In this document: piece by piece, positions 20,423 through 30,730 of the stretch
Layout: each line of letters begins with the position of its first letter
Numbering within the stretch: the first letter of the stretch is position 1
NCBI RefSeq assembly: GCF_001194135.2
Contig: NC_068989.1
Coordinates: forward strand, 79,289,589-79,328,578
Source: Octopus bimaculoides
Lineage: Eukaryota
Direction: 5' to 3'
Length of the DNA stretch: 38,990 bases
Program-made: the position numbers and the translations under genes
Notes under the pieces: model-generated
The model's database searches: none
What the model was told of the DNA's origin: nothing
Seen by the model: only the letters and a program-made list of their open reading frames with translations

Positions 20423-20540
20423 TTGCATGACTTCTCCCGCTTTATCTTTTTTCTCTTTACGTCTCTTTTATCATTCTCACTCCGCATCGCCTTCTCGTCT
20501 TAATTGCTTACTTCCTCATTCTTTTCTTCACTACTTCGTT

Positions 20541-20624
20541 TCTCTTCTTCTTCTTCTTCTTCTTCTTCTTCTTCTTCTTCTTCTTCTTCTTCTTCTTCTT
20601 CTTCTTCTTCTTCTTCTTCTTCTT
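20541..20624. repeat. (TTC)n microsatellite
   Basis: Direct reading. Confidence 0.95.
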
Positions 20625-20814
20625 CCAGGCAGTGTCTGCGGCCATGCCGGAGCATCAACACTGGCGTGAATTTAAATTTATTTTATTTTGATTTCAGTAA
20701 TGTAAGTCCTGAACAGTACCGCCCTCATTTGCGATTCTTGCAGTAACTTGGATTCATCTGTAATTTGAAATATAAATATGTCTAAGTACTTGTTTAATAT
20801 ATTCACATCTACAA

Positions 20815-20915
20815 GGCGGCGAGCTGGCAGAAACGTTAGCCCGCCGGGTGAAATGCTTAGCAGGGTTTCGTCTGTCTTTACGTTCTGAGTTCAAATTCTC
20901 CCGAGACCGACTTTG
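20815..20915 (+). mobile_element. Family A SINE head (3' truncated)
   Basis: GGCGGCGAGCTGGCAGAAACGTTAGCCCGCCGGGTGAAATGCTTAGC...GTTCTGAGTTCAAATTC. Confidence 0.85.
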
Positions 20916-21511
20916 GGATCGTAATCCCTAGTTTGCAACTTGTTTCTTTTGCTCCCTCCCACGAATCTCCTGACTCGGTGAGGGTGTGTAGCACGTGGCG
21001 TGGTGCAGTTATAACACAGTTGTCATTGGAGGCAAGACGTCGCTTTGTCTTCAGCCAGTGGTGAATCAAAGGGAACGGTAATGGTTATAAATCAAGTCTC
21101 ATTGATTTTTCCTTCCATTTCAATTCATAGAAATATGATGTGGCTATTTTTGATGAATAAAACTTTTCTCTATCATTGTATTGGAACGTTTCGCCAACAA
21201 TTTACAACGTATGTTTATGCCACAAATTTATTATAATATTCGTTTTACTGAATAATTATATCTTCAGCCCAAATTTTGATTTAATGGATATTGTAATCGA
21301 GATTGTCTGTTACGCTATTTTCTTCAGCATCACGACAATCTTTTACATAATTGTAACAATATAAGCATTTTTGCATTGGGATTTGTAAATACTTCTAGGG
21401 ACTCTCCATTTTTGGAAATCCGAAATGACTAACACAGGGTTAAGACTTGGCACAACGATCGTTTCAAACGACGAAGTAATACTAAATACCTTGATAATAT
21501 CATATCGGAAA

Positions 21512-21938
21512 GTCGGCTAGCTGGCAGAAACTTTAGCACGCCGGGCGAAATGCTTAGCAGTATTTCGTCTGCCGCTATGTTCTGAGTTCAAATTCTGCCG
21601 CCGAGATCGACTTTGCCTTTCATCCTTTTGGGGTCGATTAAATACTTACCAGTTACGCACTGGGGTCGATGTACTCGACTTAATCTGTTTGTCTGTCCTT
21701 GTTTGTCCCCTCTATGTTTATCCCCTTGTGGGCAATAAAGAAATAAGAAACGTTAGCACACTGGGCGAAATGCTTAGCGGTATTTCGTCCTGTCTTTACG
21801 TTCTGAGTTCAAATTCCATCGAGGTCAACTGTGCCTTACATTCTTTCGGGTCGATAAATTAAGTACCAAATTGCGTATTAGGGTCAATCTAATCGACTGG
21901 CCCCGACCCCCAAAATTTCGGGGCCTTGTAGAAAAGAA
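21512..21938 (+). mobile_element. Dimeric family A SINE (A1 21512-21747 + A2 21748-21938)
   Basis: Complete A1 ending GGGCAATAAAGAAATAAG, directly followed by AAACGTTAGCAC...; A2 ends CCCCAAAATTTCGGGGCCTTGTAGAAAAGAAT. Confidence 0.9.
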
Positions 21939-22140
21939 TATCATATCAGAGGAAACGAACATCATTAAACAAAAAACAAACAAACAAAAAGAGTATAATC
22001 CGCACGCGCTCATATGTGTATTTTCGAATGAAATATGATAACTTTTGTTGAGCTCACTATTCTAAACACACATAATTACGCTCATATACTCACATGTACA
22101 TGCATACATACATACATACATACACACACACGCATATATT

Positions 22141-22369
22141 ATCTTTTACTTGTTTCAGTTATACCTCTGTATATTTTATTCTAAGCCTTGTATTTATTTT
22201 ATGAGTCTCTATCACCGAGCCGCTAAGTTACGGGGACGTAACCACATCAATACCGGTTGTCAAGCAATAGTGGGAGACAAGCACCACCCACACAAACACA
22301 CACACACGAAGCTATAGGGCTATAGTAGAAGACATTTGCCCAAGGTGCCACACAGCCACGCCTGCGCCT
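22141..22369 (-). mobile_element. Family B SINE with internal deletions
   Basis: Reverse complement AGGCGCAGGCGTGGCTGTGTGG|CACCTTGGGCAAATGTCTTCTACTATAG...; about 52 nt including the B-box missing relative to the 27252 copy. Confidence 0.8.
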
Positions 22370-22933
22370 ATATATATATATATATATATATATAGGAGAG
22401 TATTGTAGTTCGCTTGAAGCATTGTATATTGTTTATAAAGAATAAAAGTTTTGAATGGTACAACAATGCACTATAATACAAAAAATGGACTATATACCTG
22501 TTGTAATTTAGTTATCCATAGTCCGATGATATTTCGGAATACAATTCCTTCTTCAGATATTCTTAGATGCNNNNNNNNNNNNNNNNNNNNNNNNNNNNNN
22601 NNNNNNNNNNNNNNNNNNNNNNNNNNNNNNNNNNNNNNNNNNNNNNNNNNNNNNNNNNNNNNNNNNNNNNNNNNNNNNNNNNNNNNNNNNNNNNNNNNNN
22701 NNNNNNNNNNNNNNNNNNNNNNNNNNNNNNNNNNNNNNNNNNNNNNNNNNNNNNNNNNNNNNNNNNNNNNNNNNNNNNNNNNNNNNNNNNNNNNNNNNNN
22801 NNNNNNNNNNNNNNNNNNNNNNNNNNNNNNNNNNNNNNNNNNNNNNNNNNNNNNNNNNNNNNNNNNNNNNNNNNNNNNNNNNNNNNNNNNNNNNNNNNNN
22901 NNNNNNNNNNNNNNNNNNNNNNNNNNNNNNNTA

Positions 22934-22969
<36 letters not shown>

Positions 22970-23203
22970 TGTATGTATGTATATGTAGAAGGTTGAAAAG
23001 GAACACACGAGTTAATAATTTTATCATGAAGAACATGTTCTTCATGATAAAATTATCTTAGCATTTTCTACATCGTCCTTCGTCGGATACAAAAGGAAAG
23101 TTCAGGAAAAGTTTGGGAACAGAGGAAAAGAGATAAAAGAAGGGAGAATTGACAAGTGAGCGAGGAAAAACCGCACGTGGTAAGGTTATATATATATATA
23201 TAT

Positions 23204-23418
23204 ATATAGTAATAAGAAAATGGAGAGGATTAATCGGTGATATTCATGAACTTGCAGACAATGTATTATGATAATTTACTTGTTTATTTGTTTACTAAAA
23301 GGACAATTGTTATTATTGTCCTTTTAGTTAACAAATAAACAGGTAAATTGACACAATACAATGTCTGCAAGTTGATGAATACCACCTATTAATCTCCTCC
23401 ATTTTCTTATTACTATAT
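23204..23418. mobile_element. Fold-back element (probable TA-targeting MITE): 104-bp inverted arms, 7-nt loop
   Basis: Arms 23204-23307 and 23315-23418 align ungapped with 11 mismatches (89 percent); left end runs into (TA)n, right end TATAT. Confidence 0.75.
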
Positions 23419-23711
23419 GAATTAATGGTAAAATAACTTTTTACTCGTACCTATTTATTGCACTTGATAATGCAATTGCCACGAAAAGAAAAAAAACAAA
23501 AAACAAAAACAAAAAACACTAGTGTAATAATAATTGGGTATTCTTCTGGCAGTATATTGGATAGATATTATCCCTTAGTGGGTTGGATTCAAAATCCCTA
23601 ACTTTCTTGGATTTATATATANNNNNNNNNNNNNNNNNNNNNNNNNNNNNNNNNNNNNNNNNNNNNNNNNNNNNNNNNNNNNNNNNNNNNNNNNNNNNNN
23701 NNNNNNNNNNN

Positions 23712-23754
<43 letters not shown>

Positions 23755-23785
23755 GTATTTCTTTAAATATATTTGATTTCATATA

Positions 23786-23822
<37 letters not shown>

Positions 23823-24686
23823 TTATTCAGTTTCATTTCAAGATTTCTTGCCAATAGAGAATGAGCCGGTTTCTAACCTAGATCCAAGGCTGCTTCTCTG
23901 GAATTTCAGCATCAGCAACAAGGTATTTTTGCATGTACGTATGTATGTATGTGTGCAAATTCGTATGTTTTGTTTTACGTATGTCACTTCGTGCATAAAC
24001 ATGCATACCTAGACATGCTCATTTATATTTAAATGATAAACTTCAGGAAAATTCTACAGATTTTAAATTCCAGTGTATGAATGTATATATGTACACGCTC
24101 CAACTTGATGATTCATTCTGTTGCAACTTAAGAGTTTCTCACCAAGTGGGCTCTTCCAAGCGGCATCTTCTCTCGCCTGACTGATCTCGCGAAATGGAAA
24201 AATCTGAGTATTGACGGAGAGTGTCTACAGCTACAAAGGAATAAATAAATTCTATCACATGTATTTATTAGTTTGGTACTTCCAAATATTCATACACACG
24301 TACATACATAAATACGTACATACATACATATTTGTATGTATGAATGCATGTATGTATGTATGTATGTATGTATGTATGTATGTGTGTGTGTGTATGTACG
24401 TATGTCAGCATGTGTGTACGTTTGTATTTGTGTATATAAACATATTATTTACAGTTTATCTTTTCCTTTTCACTCTTTCAGCTTCTTTGTCACCCATTCG
24501 CTCACCTTCCCTACTTACTTACTTACATGCACACGCTCGGTGGAAAACACACACACACACACACAAACGCACACACACACACACACACACACGGGCGCAG
24601 GATAGAAGCTTATAAAGCAATCAGACTGGTTGATGGTCACCCTTCCCCCCACATTCGAGAATACAGCACAAACGTGTGTTGTGTAT

Positions 24687-24717
<31 letters not shown>

Positions 24718-24752
24718 TATATACACACACATATATGTATGTATACGTGCGC

Positions 24753-24800
<48 letters not shown>

Positions 24801-25359
24801 GCTTACATAAATATTTACATACTTAGATACATCCGTATATACACACATAACAACGTATATAATTACACATGTGTATATATACATATACTCTCATATATAT
24901 ATANNNNNNNNNNNNNNNNNNNNNNNNNNNNNNNNNNNNNNNNNNNNNNNNNNNNNNNNNNNNNNNNNNNNNNNNNNNNNNNNNNNNNNNNNNNNNNNNN
25001 NNNNNNNNNNNNNNNNNNNNNNNNNNNNNNNNNNNNNNNNNNNNNNNNNNNNNNNNNNNNNNNNNNNNNNNNNNNNNNNNNNNNNNNNNNNNNNNNNNNN
25101 NNNNNNNNNNNNNNNNNNNNNNNNNNNNNNNNNNNNNNNNNNNNNNNNNNNNNNNNNNNNNNNNNNNNNNNNNNNNNNNNNNNNNNNNNNNNNNNNNNNN
25201 NNNNNNNNNNNNNNNNNNNNNNNNNNNNNNNNNNNNNNNNNNNNNNNNNNNNNNNNNNNNNNNNNNNNNNNNNNNNNNNNNNNNNNNNNNNNNNNNNNNN
25301 NNNNNNNNNNNNNNNNNNNNNNNNNNNNNNNNNNNNNNNNNNNNNNNNNNNNNNNNNNN

Positions 25360-25408
<49 letters not shown>

Positions 25409-25471
25409 ATTGAGAGAGAGACGCATACACATGCTCAAGTAAACCGAAACTACTTTCTCGAATGTAAGTTC

Positions 25472-25512
<41 letters not shown>

Positions 25513-25554
25513 CAGCAGTAGTAGTAGAAGTTGTGGTGGTGGTAGTTCTAGTAG

Positions 25555-26009
25555 TTAGTCAGCAGTCGAGATCTCTCACTTTCTCTGTCTCTCTTCACCT
25601 CCTCCTCTTCTCTCTCTCACCCCCCGCTATCTGTTCGTCTCTTCTTTTAAGCACACAAAAAAAAACTTATATCTCTCACCCCCACTCACTGATGTAAGAA
25701 AGAGAGAAAAGAAAGGCAGAGAGAAAGAAGAAAATAAAAAGTAAATACGTAAATAAATAAAGAATAAATAATAAAGAAAAGAAAGAAAGAAAAAAAAAGC
25801 AAGCAGAAAAAGACGAAAGCGAAAACCAGTTGGGAAGTTTTTTCTCTTGACGGAGCCAGGATATATCGTAACTCCGAACAATTTCACCCGTGAAACAACA
25901 AAAACAACAGCAGTTATTATTATAACGATAACGAGTTTTATCACAACTCAATATATTTAACTTTTCGTTATTTAATTAATATACATTATAATTATAAAAA
26001 CAAAACAAA
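25555..26009 (+). promoter_or_regulatory. Putative core promoter and 5'UTR of the PDZ gene
   Basis: Inr-like TTAGTC/GCAGTC at 25555-25567, CT-rich then purine-rich stretch with CpGs, no recognisable TE, ends in AAAACAAAATGG start context. TSS not determined. Confidence 0.3.
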
Positions 26010-26117
26010 ATGGGTGAAGTTGCTAGAGTACAATTAAGACGGATGGATACCACACAGCCCTGGGGGTTCAAAATGCAGGGAGGAACCGATGTCGGTGTTC
26101 CTCTTCATGTTGCTCAG
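26010..26117 (+). CDS. First coding exon of a PDZ-domain protein, PDLIM/Zasp (ALP/Enigma) type
   Basis: MGEVARVQLRRMDTTQPWGFKMQGGTDVGVPLHVAQ has the PWGFx(L/M)xGGxD...PL signature of N-terminal PDLIM-type PDZ domains; A-rich start context CAAAATGG; phase-0 donor CAG|GTAGAT at 26118, at the position where this family typically has its first intron. Confidence 0.9.
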
Positions 26118-26267
26118 GTAGATTATCGATTAATTAATTCACATATTCGATTTGTGTGTTATCTTCTTTTTTTTTTCTGTTCTGTCTATTACTCGCTCTG
26201 TCTAACTGTCTGTTGTCCACTACTCTGTCGCTCTCTGTTCGTTTCTATCTATCTATCTATCTATCTA

Positions 26268-26322
<55 letters not shown>

Positions 26323-26939
26323 GCTGGTCTGTCTCTGTTCGTCTCTGCTTTCTTCTTCTTCTTCTTCTTCTTCTTCTTCTTCTTCTTCTTCTTCTNNNNN
26401 NNNNNNNNNNNNNNNNNNNNNNNNNNNNNNNNNNNNNNNNNNNNNNNNNNNNNNNNNNNNNNNNNNNNNNNNNNNNNNNNNNNNNNNNNNNNNNNNNNNN
26501 NNNNNNNNNNNNNNNNNNNNNNNNNNNNNNNNNNNNNNNNNNNNNNNNNNNNNNNNNNNNNNNNNNNNNNNNNNNNNNNNNNNNNNNNNNNNNNNNNNNN
26601 NNNNNNNNNNNNNNNNNNNNNNNNNNNNNNNNNNNNNNNNNNNNNNNNNNNNNNNNNNNNNNNNNNNNNNNNNNNNNNNNNNNNNNNNNNNNNNNNNNNN
26701 NNNNNNNNNNNNNNNNNNNNNNNNNNNNNNNNNNNNNNNNNNNNNNNNNNNNNNNNNNNNNNNNNNNNNNNNNNNNNNNNNNNNNNNNNNNNNNNNNNNN
26801 NNNNNNNNNNNNNNNNNNNNNNNNNNNNNNNNNNNNNNNNNNNNNNNNNNNNNNNNNNNNNNNNNNNNNNNNNNNNNNNNNNNNNNNNNNNNNNNNNNNN
26901 NNNNNNNNNNNNNNNNNNNNNNNNNNNNNNNNNNNNNNN

Positions 26940-26985
<46 letters not shown>

Positions 26986-27251
26986 GTATGTATGTATGTA
27001 TGTATTCTAATAATTATATACATAATTATAACAAGGGATTGACTATAAGCCTCTCCACACGCTGGAAAAATAGACGCCAAAAGACGCTGTTACCACCTTA
27101 AAACTTAGAAAATAAAATACTCGCGTGGAGAGTCTTATAGCCAATCCATTGTCATAATTATTTATATAATTATTAACATTTTTGTAAAATATACCTATAA
27201 GGCTTTTATTTCTACGCTGACCCCCTGATAAAATCATTAATGATTTTTACC

Positions 27252-27659
27252 GGAGTGGCTGTGTGGTAAGTAGCTTGCTTATGAACCACATGGTTCCGGA
27301 TTCAGTCCCACTGCGTGGCGCCTTGGGCAAGTGTCTTCTACTATAGCCTCGGGCCGACCAAAGCCTTGTCAGTGGATTTGGTAGACGGAAACTGAAAGAA
27401 GCCCGTCGTATATATATATGTATATGTATATATATGTGTGTGTTTGTGTGTCTGTGTTTGTCCCCCCCACCAACATCGCTTGACAACCGATGCTGGTGTG
27501 TTTGTTTACGTCCCCGTAACATAGCGGTTCGGCAAAAGAGACCGATAGAATAAGTACTAGGCTTATCAAAGAATAAATCCTGGGGTCGATTTGTTCGACT
27601 AAAGGCGGTGCTCCAGCATGACCGCAGTCAAATGACTGAAACAGAATCGTAAAAGAGTA
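27252..27659 (+). mobile_element. Full-length family B SINE (tRNA-derived, CORE-like)
   Basis: A-box-like GTGGCTGTGTGGTAAG, B-box-like GGATTCAGTCCC, CORE-like CCTTGGGCAAGT, internal (TA)/(TG) tract, tail GGCGGTGCTCCAGCATGACCGCAGTCAAATGACTGAAAC. Confidence 0.95.
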
Positions 27660-28019
27660 TTTAAATATGCATGCATGTATGTATGTATGCATGTATGTAT
27701 GTATGTATGTATGTATGTATGTATGTATGTATGTATGTATGAAAACCATGTTGTGCAATTGAGTCTATCTCCTTGTGCTAATTAACAGTTATTAGCGCCG
27801 ACCAGAGTAACGTAGAGTATCAGACGCGTTCTGATAGACCGGTTATTTTAGTTTACCTCTCTCGCTTTCTCTCTCTCTCACTCTACTGTCATTCAGCACT
27901 ATAATAAATATTTACACTCTATATTACTCGAAACTTAGGCTTTCGTGTGTGCTTGTGTTTGTTTGTTTCTTTGCATGTGTGCATGTGTATGCCTGTGCGT
28001 GTGTATATGCCTATGTGCT

Positions 28020-28050
<31 letters not shown>

Positions 28051-28250
28051 CAAATGATATGTGAGTATATGCATATATACGTACATGTATGTACATACCT
28101 ACATCTACATGTATATATAAATGCATATCTTGGTACAGGGGACGTCACAAAAACGTAGACAAAATGAAAAACAGAACATAAACAGGGTACAGAAAACAGG
28201 CTACATAAAAAATATTTCCTTCATCAGCTGCCCCTATTCTAAACTAAGCG

Positions 28251-28307
<57 letters not shown>

Positions 28308-28361
28308 CGTCTGTCTGTCTGTCTGTCTGTCTCTGTCCTTCTGTCTGCCGATCGGTATGTA

Positions 28362-28712
28362 TCGTATTTGATGGCCTATAAGGCGCACCTTTTTTTTTGT
28401 TTGTTTCTACCCCAAAATGGCTTAAAAACCCACCGACGTTCAATGCACTCAATGTAGGTTCAAAACTCGCTCAAAGCGGTATGTATGTTTACAAAACGTG
28501 TGCTGCCATCTGTTGGTGAACAATCGCCTGCTATATGTTTATATCGAATGTGGATGCAATGAATTGCTTATAATTACCGGTAATAACATAAAGTTATACA
28601 AGTAAATGGAGGAATTAAAACATTATTTTAATGGTAATTTATTTCACAAAAGTATAGCCTAGGATAGGATGCGTCCTACGCACCCGTGCGTCTTATAGGC
28701 CATTAAATACGG
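28362..28712. mobile_element. Tc1/mariner-superfamily MITE, Tc2/pogo-like (MER104/Kanga-type termini)
   Basis: 27-bp TIRs 28362-28388 and 28686-28712 (24/27 match; CCGTATTT...TAAGACGCAC type); TA on the left, TG (mutated TA) on the right. Confidence 0.85.
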
Positions 28713-29367
28713 TGTATATATATATGTAAATATTTGTGTATATATAAGTATATATGCATATGTGTGTATACACACACACACACACACACAAAGCAGAATA
28801 TGTTCGAGTGGCTACCCGAAGTTTCTCATTACCGATCTTCAGTAAAATTAGAATTTGATACTCTATCTATCTCTGTGTTTCTCTCACTCTCTCTCTTTCA
28901 CTCTCTTTCCCTCTCTCTCTCCCTCACTCTTTCATCCTCCCCTCCTCCCCTCCCTCTCTTTCTCTGTTACTCTCTCTTTCTCTCTCGGTTTCTAGTTTAA
29001 ATCACACTCGGGACAATCGTATTTTGTTTCGTTCCCTCTGGATTGATCACGTAAATAATCCTCGTATTATACAATCCACTTCTTCCCTGGGAATTGACCT
29101 TGGACCTCTGTAAAAAAATCAACGGTCTTCCTGTTGGAAGACCCTTGGTTACAATTATTTACATCCTGAGTTCAAAATTCCAACTTTCCTTTTCATTCTT
29201 CCAGTTTAGAACTGGGGTTAATTTAATCGACTAATCCATTACGAAAACAAAACTAAACGTGGTGTTGTGCGCATGTACGTACTTAACATTCCTTAATTTT
29301 ACATATTCTACTTTCGTTACCAGTCATTAACTGGAATCAATTGAATCGCTTAGATGAGTGGCATTAA

Positions 29368-29657
29368 CCCATTACCTACCAGTGATCTCATATGAGATCA
29401 CTTAAAAATTACAAATTTCGTAATTATCTGTCAATATTTACACATATCTAACTTTTTTGCTATATCTACTAGGTATATTTCTCTGATATTCAAATGAGGT
29501 TGGCTAAATTTTCACCCAGTATCTCGTTTATTTCTATTTAAAATGTTATTTTGAAATGTTATTTTGATCATTCCAGTGTGTTTCTAAGGCTGTTTTATGC
29601 TAGAAATCAAAGTTTCATTAAAAAATTCCAGTTAATAGAATTATGGGAAGTAATGGG
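29368..29657. mobile_element. piggyBac-like MITE
   Basis: TTAA at 29364-29367 and 29658-29661; TIRs CCCATTACCTACCA / CCCATTACTTCCCA (12/14); perfect subterminal palindrome GTGATCTCATATGAGATCAC at 29382-29401. Confidence 0.8.
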
Positions 29658-30109
29658 TTAAATTAAAGAAATACGTTTCATATCAATGTGTGCAATCATA
29701 TCTGATATTTTCGTGTACATTCGGGCATTACTGCTTAGTGCACCTCTAATAAAAGACGTTACAGTATTTAGCCATATACAATCTTCTCGGTCCGTATTCA
29801 AAATCCCTCTATGGTTAGTTTCGTCTTGCAATCGTGACTAGGATCGATAAACTGTGAGTACCAGTGATATTGTAACTGCTATCGTTACTGCCTCCCAAAC
29901 CATTTGATGCAAAGGGGTCCTCCATGTATTTTCTCCAGACTTGACTATTGCCTGTTTCATTTTCAGCCGAGTAGACCTAGGTCTTGTTTGTTTTCTCCTT
30001 CTGCTACTTTCGATTGTCCATTTTACCACTTGACCAATTAACCGGTCTTCAAGTTGTGATCGAAGACCGTGGCTCAACCAGCACAGTTTACTCTTTCATA
30101 TTTCATCTA

Positions 30110-30250
30110 AGGGCGGTGATATTTAGTAACTACGCTTTACGTCCCGATTTCAAATCCCACCGATGTCGACGTTACCCTTCATCCTCTTAGGGTCAATTAC
30201 TGGGTTTGGTTGTATTGATTGAAACCTTCTTCATTTAGGTCTTTTGCGTA
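30110..30250 (+). mobile_element. Decayed, internally deleted family A SINE
   Basis: CTTTACGTCCCGATTTCAAATCCCACCGATGTCGACGTTACCCTTCATCCTCTTAGGGTCAAT. Confidence 0.5.
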
Positions 30251-30280
30251 AACGAAAAACCCGTTATTTCTTCACCTACG

Positions 30281-30484
30281 AGCGGTGGATTCATACGATG
30301 GTATAGCTTTCCAGGATTTAAATTACGAATCTTTAACTTCTAGGTTCGAATCTCGCTGGCGACAACTTTGCCGTTCATTCTTTCAGGGTCAATAAAATAA
30401 GTATAAGTTTAGCACCGGGGTCGATGTAGTCGAATTACCCACTCTCATGAAATTGATGGCCTTGTGCCAAAATTTGAAACCAAT
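30281..30484 (+). mobile_element. SINE with family A central domain and A2 tail but a different head
   Basis: GGTTCGAATCTCG B-box; AACTTTGCCGTTCATTCTTTCAGGGTCAATAAAATAAGTA; tail GGCCTTGTGCCAAAATTTGAAACCA; 5' 70 nt do not match family A heads. Confidence 0.7.
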
Positions 30485-30688
30485 GAATATTTCGTCATCT
30501 ATATACTTTGAATGGGAGAGTTAATTCGTCGTCCGGTACTCACCTGGTATTTTGGGGATTATAAGCGGAACCCGTACTCTTGCAAGCTTTGGGACCAGGT
30601 GCCACATATCCACCCTCCTGCTAGTGTTGGAGGCCCTGTGAAAGGGTCATGGGCATAGCATTCCATCCTCGCAGAAAGATACAGTACA

Positions 30689-30730
<42 letters not shown>

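Noticed and set aside
29815-29925. Minus-strand 36-aa ORF MEDPFASNGLGGSNDSSYNITG... with two N-glycosylation sequons
   Set aside because: Short, no transmembrane or other domain follows, no convincing donor.
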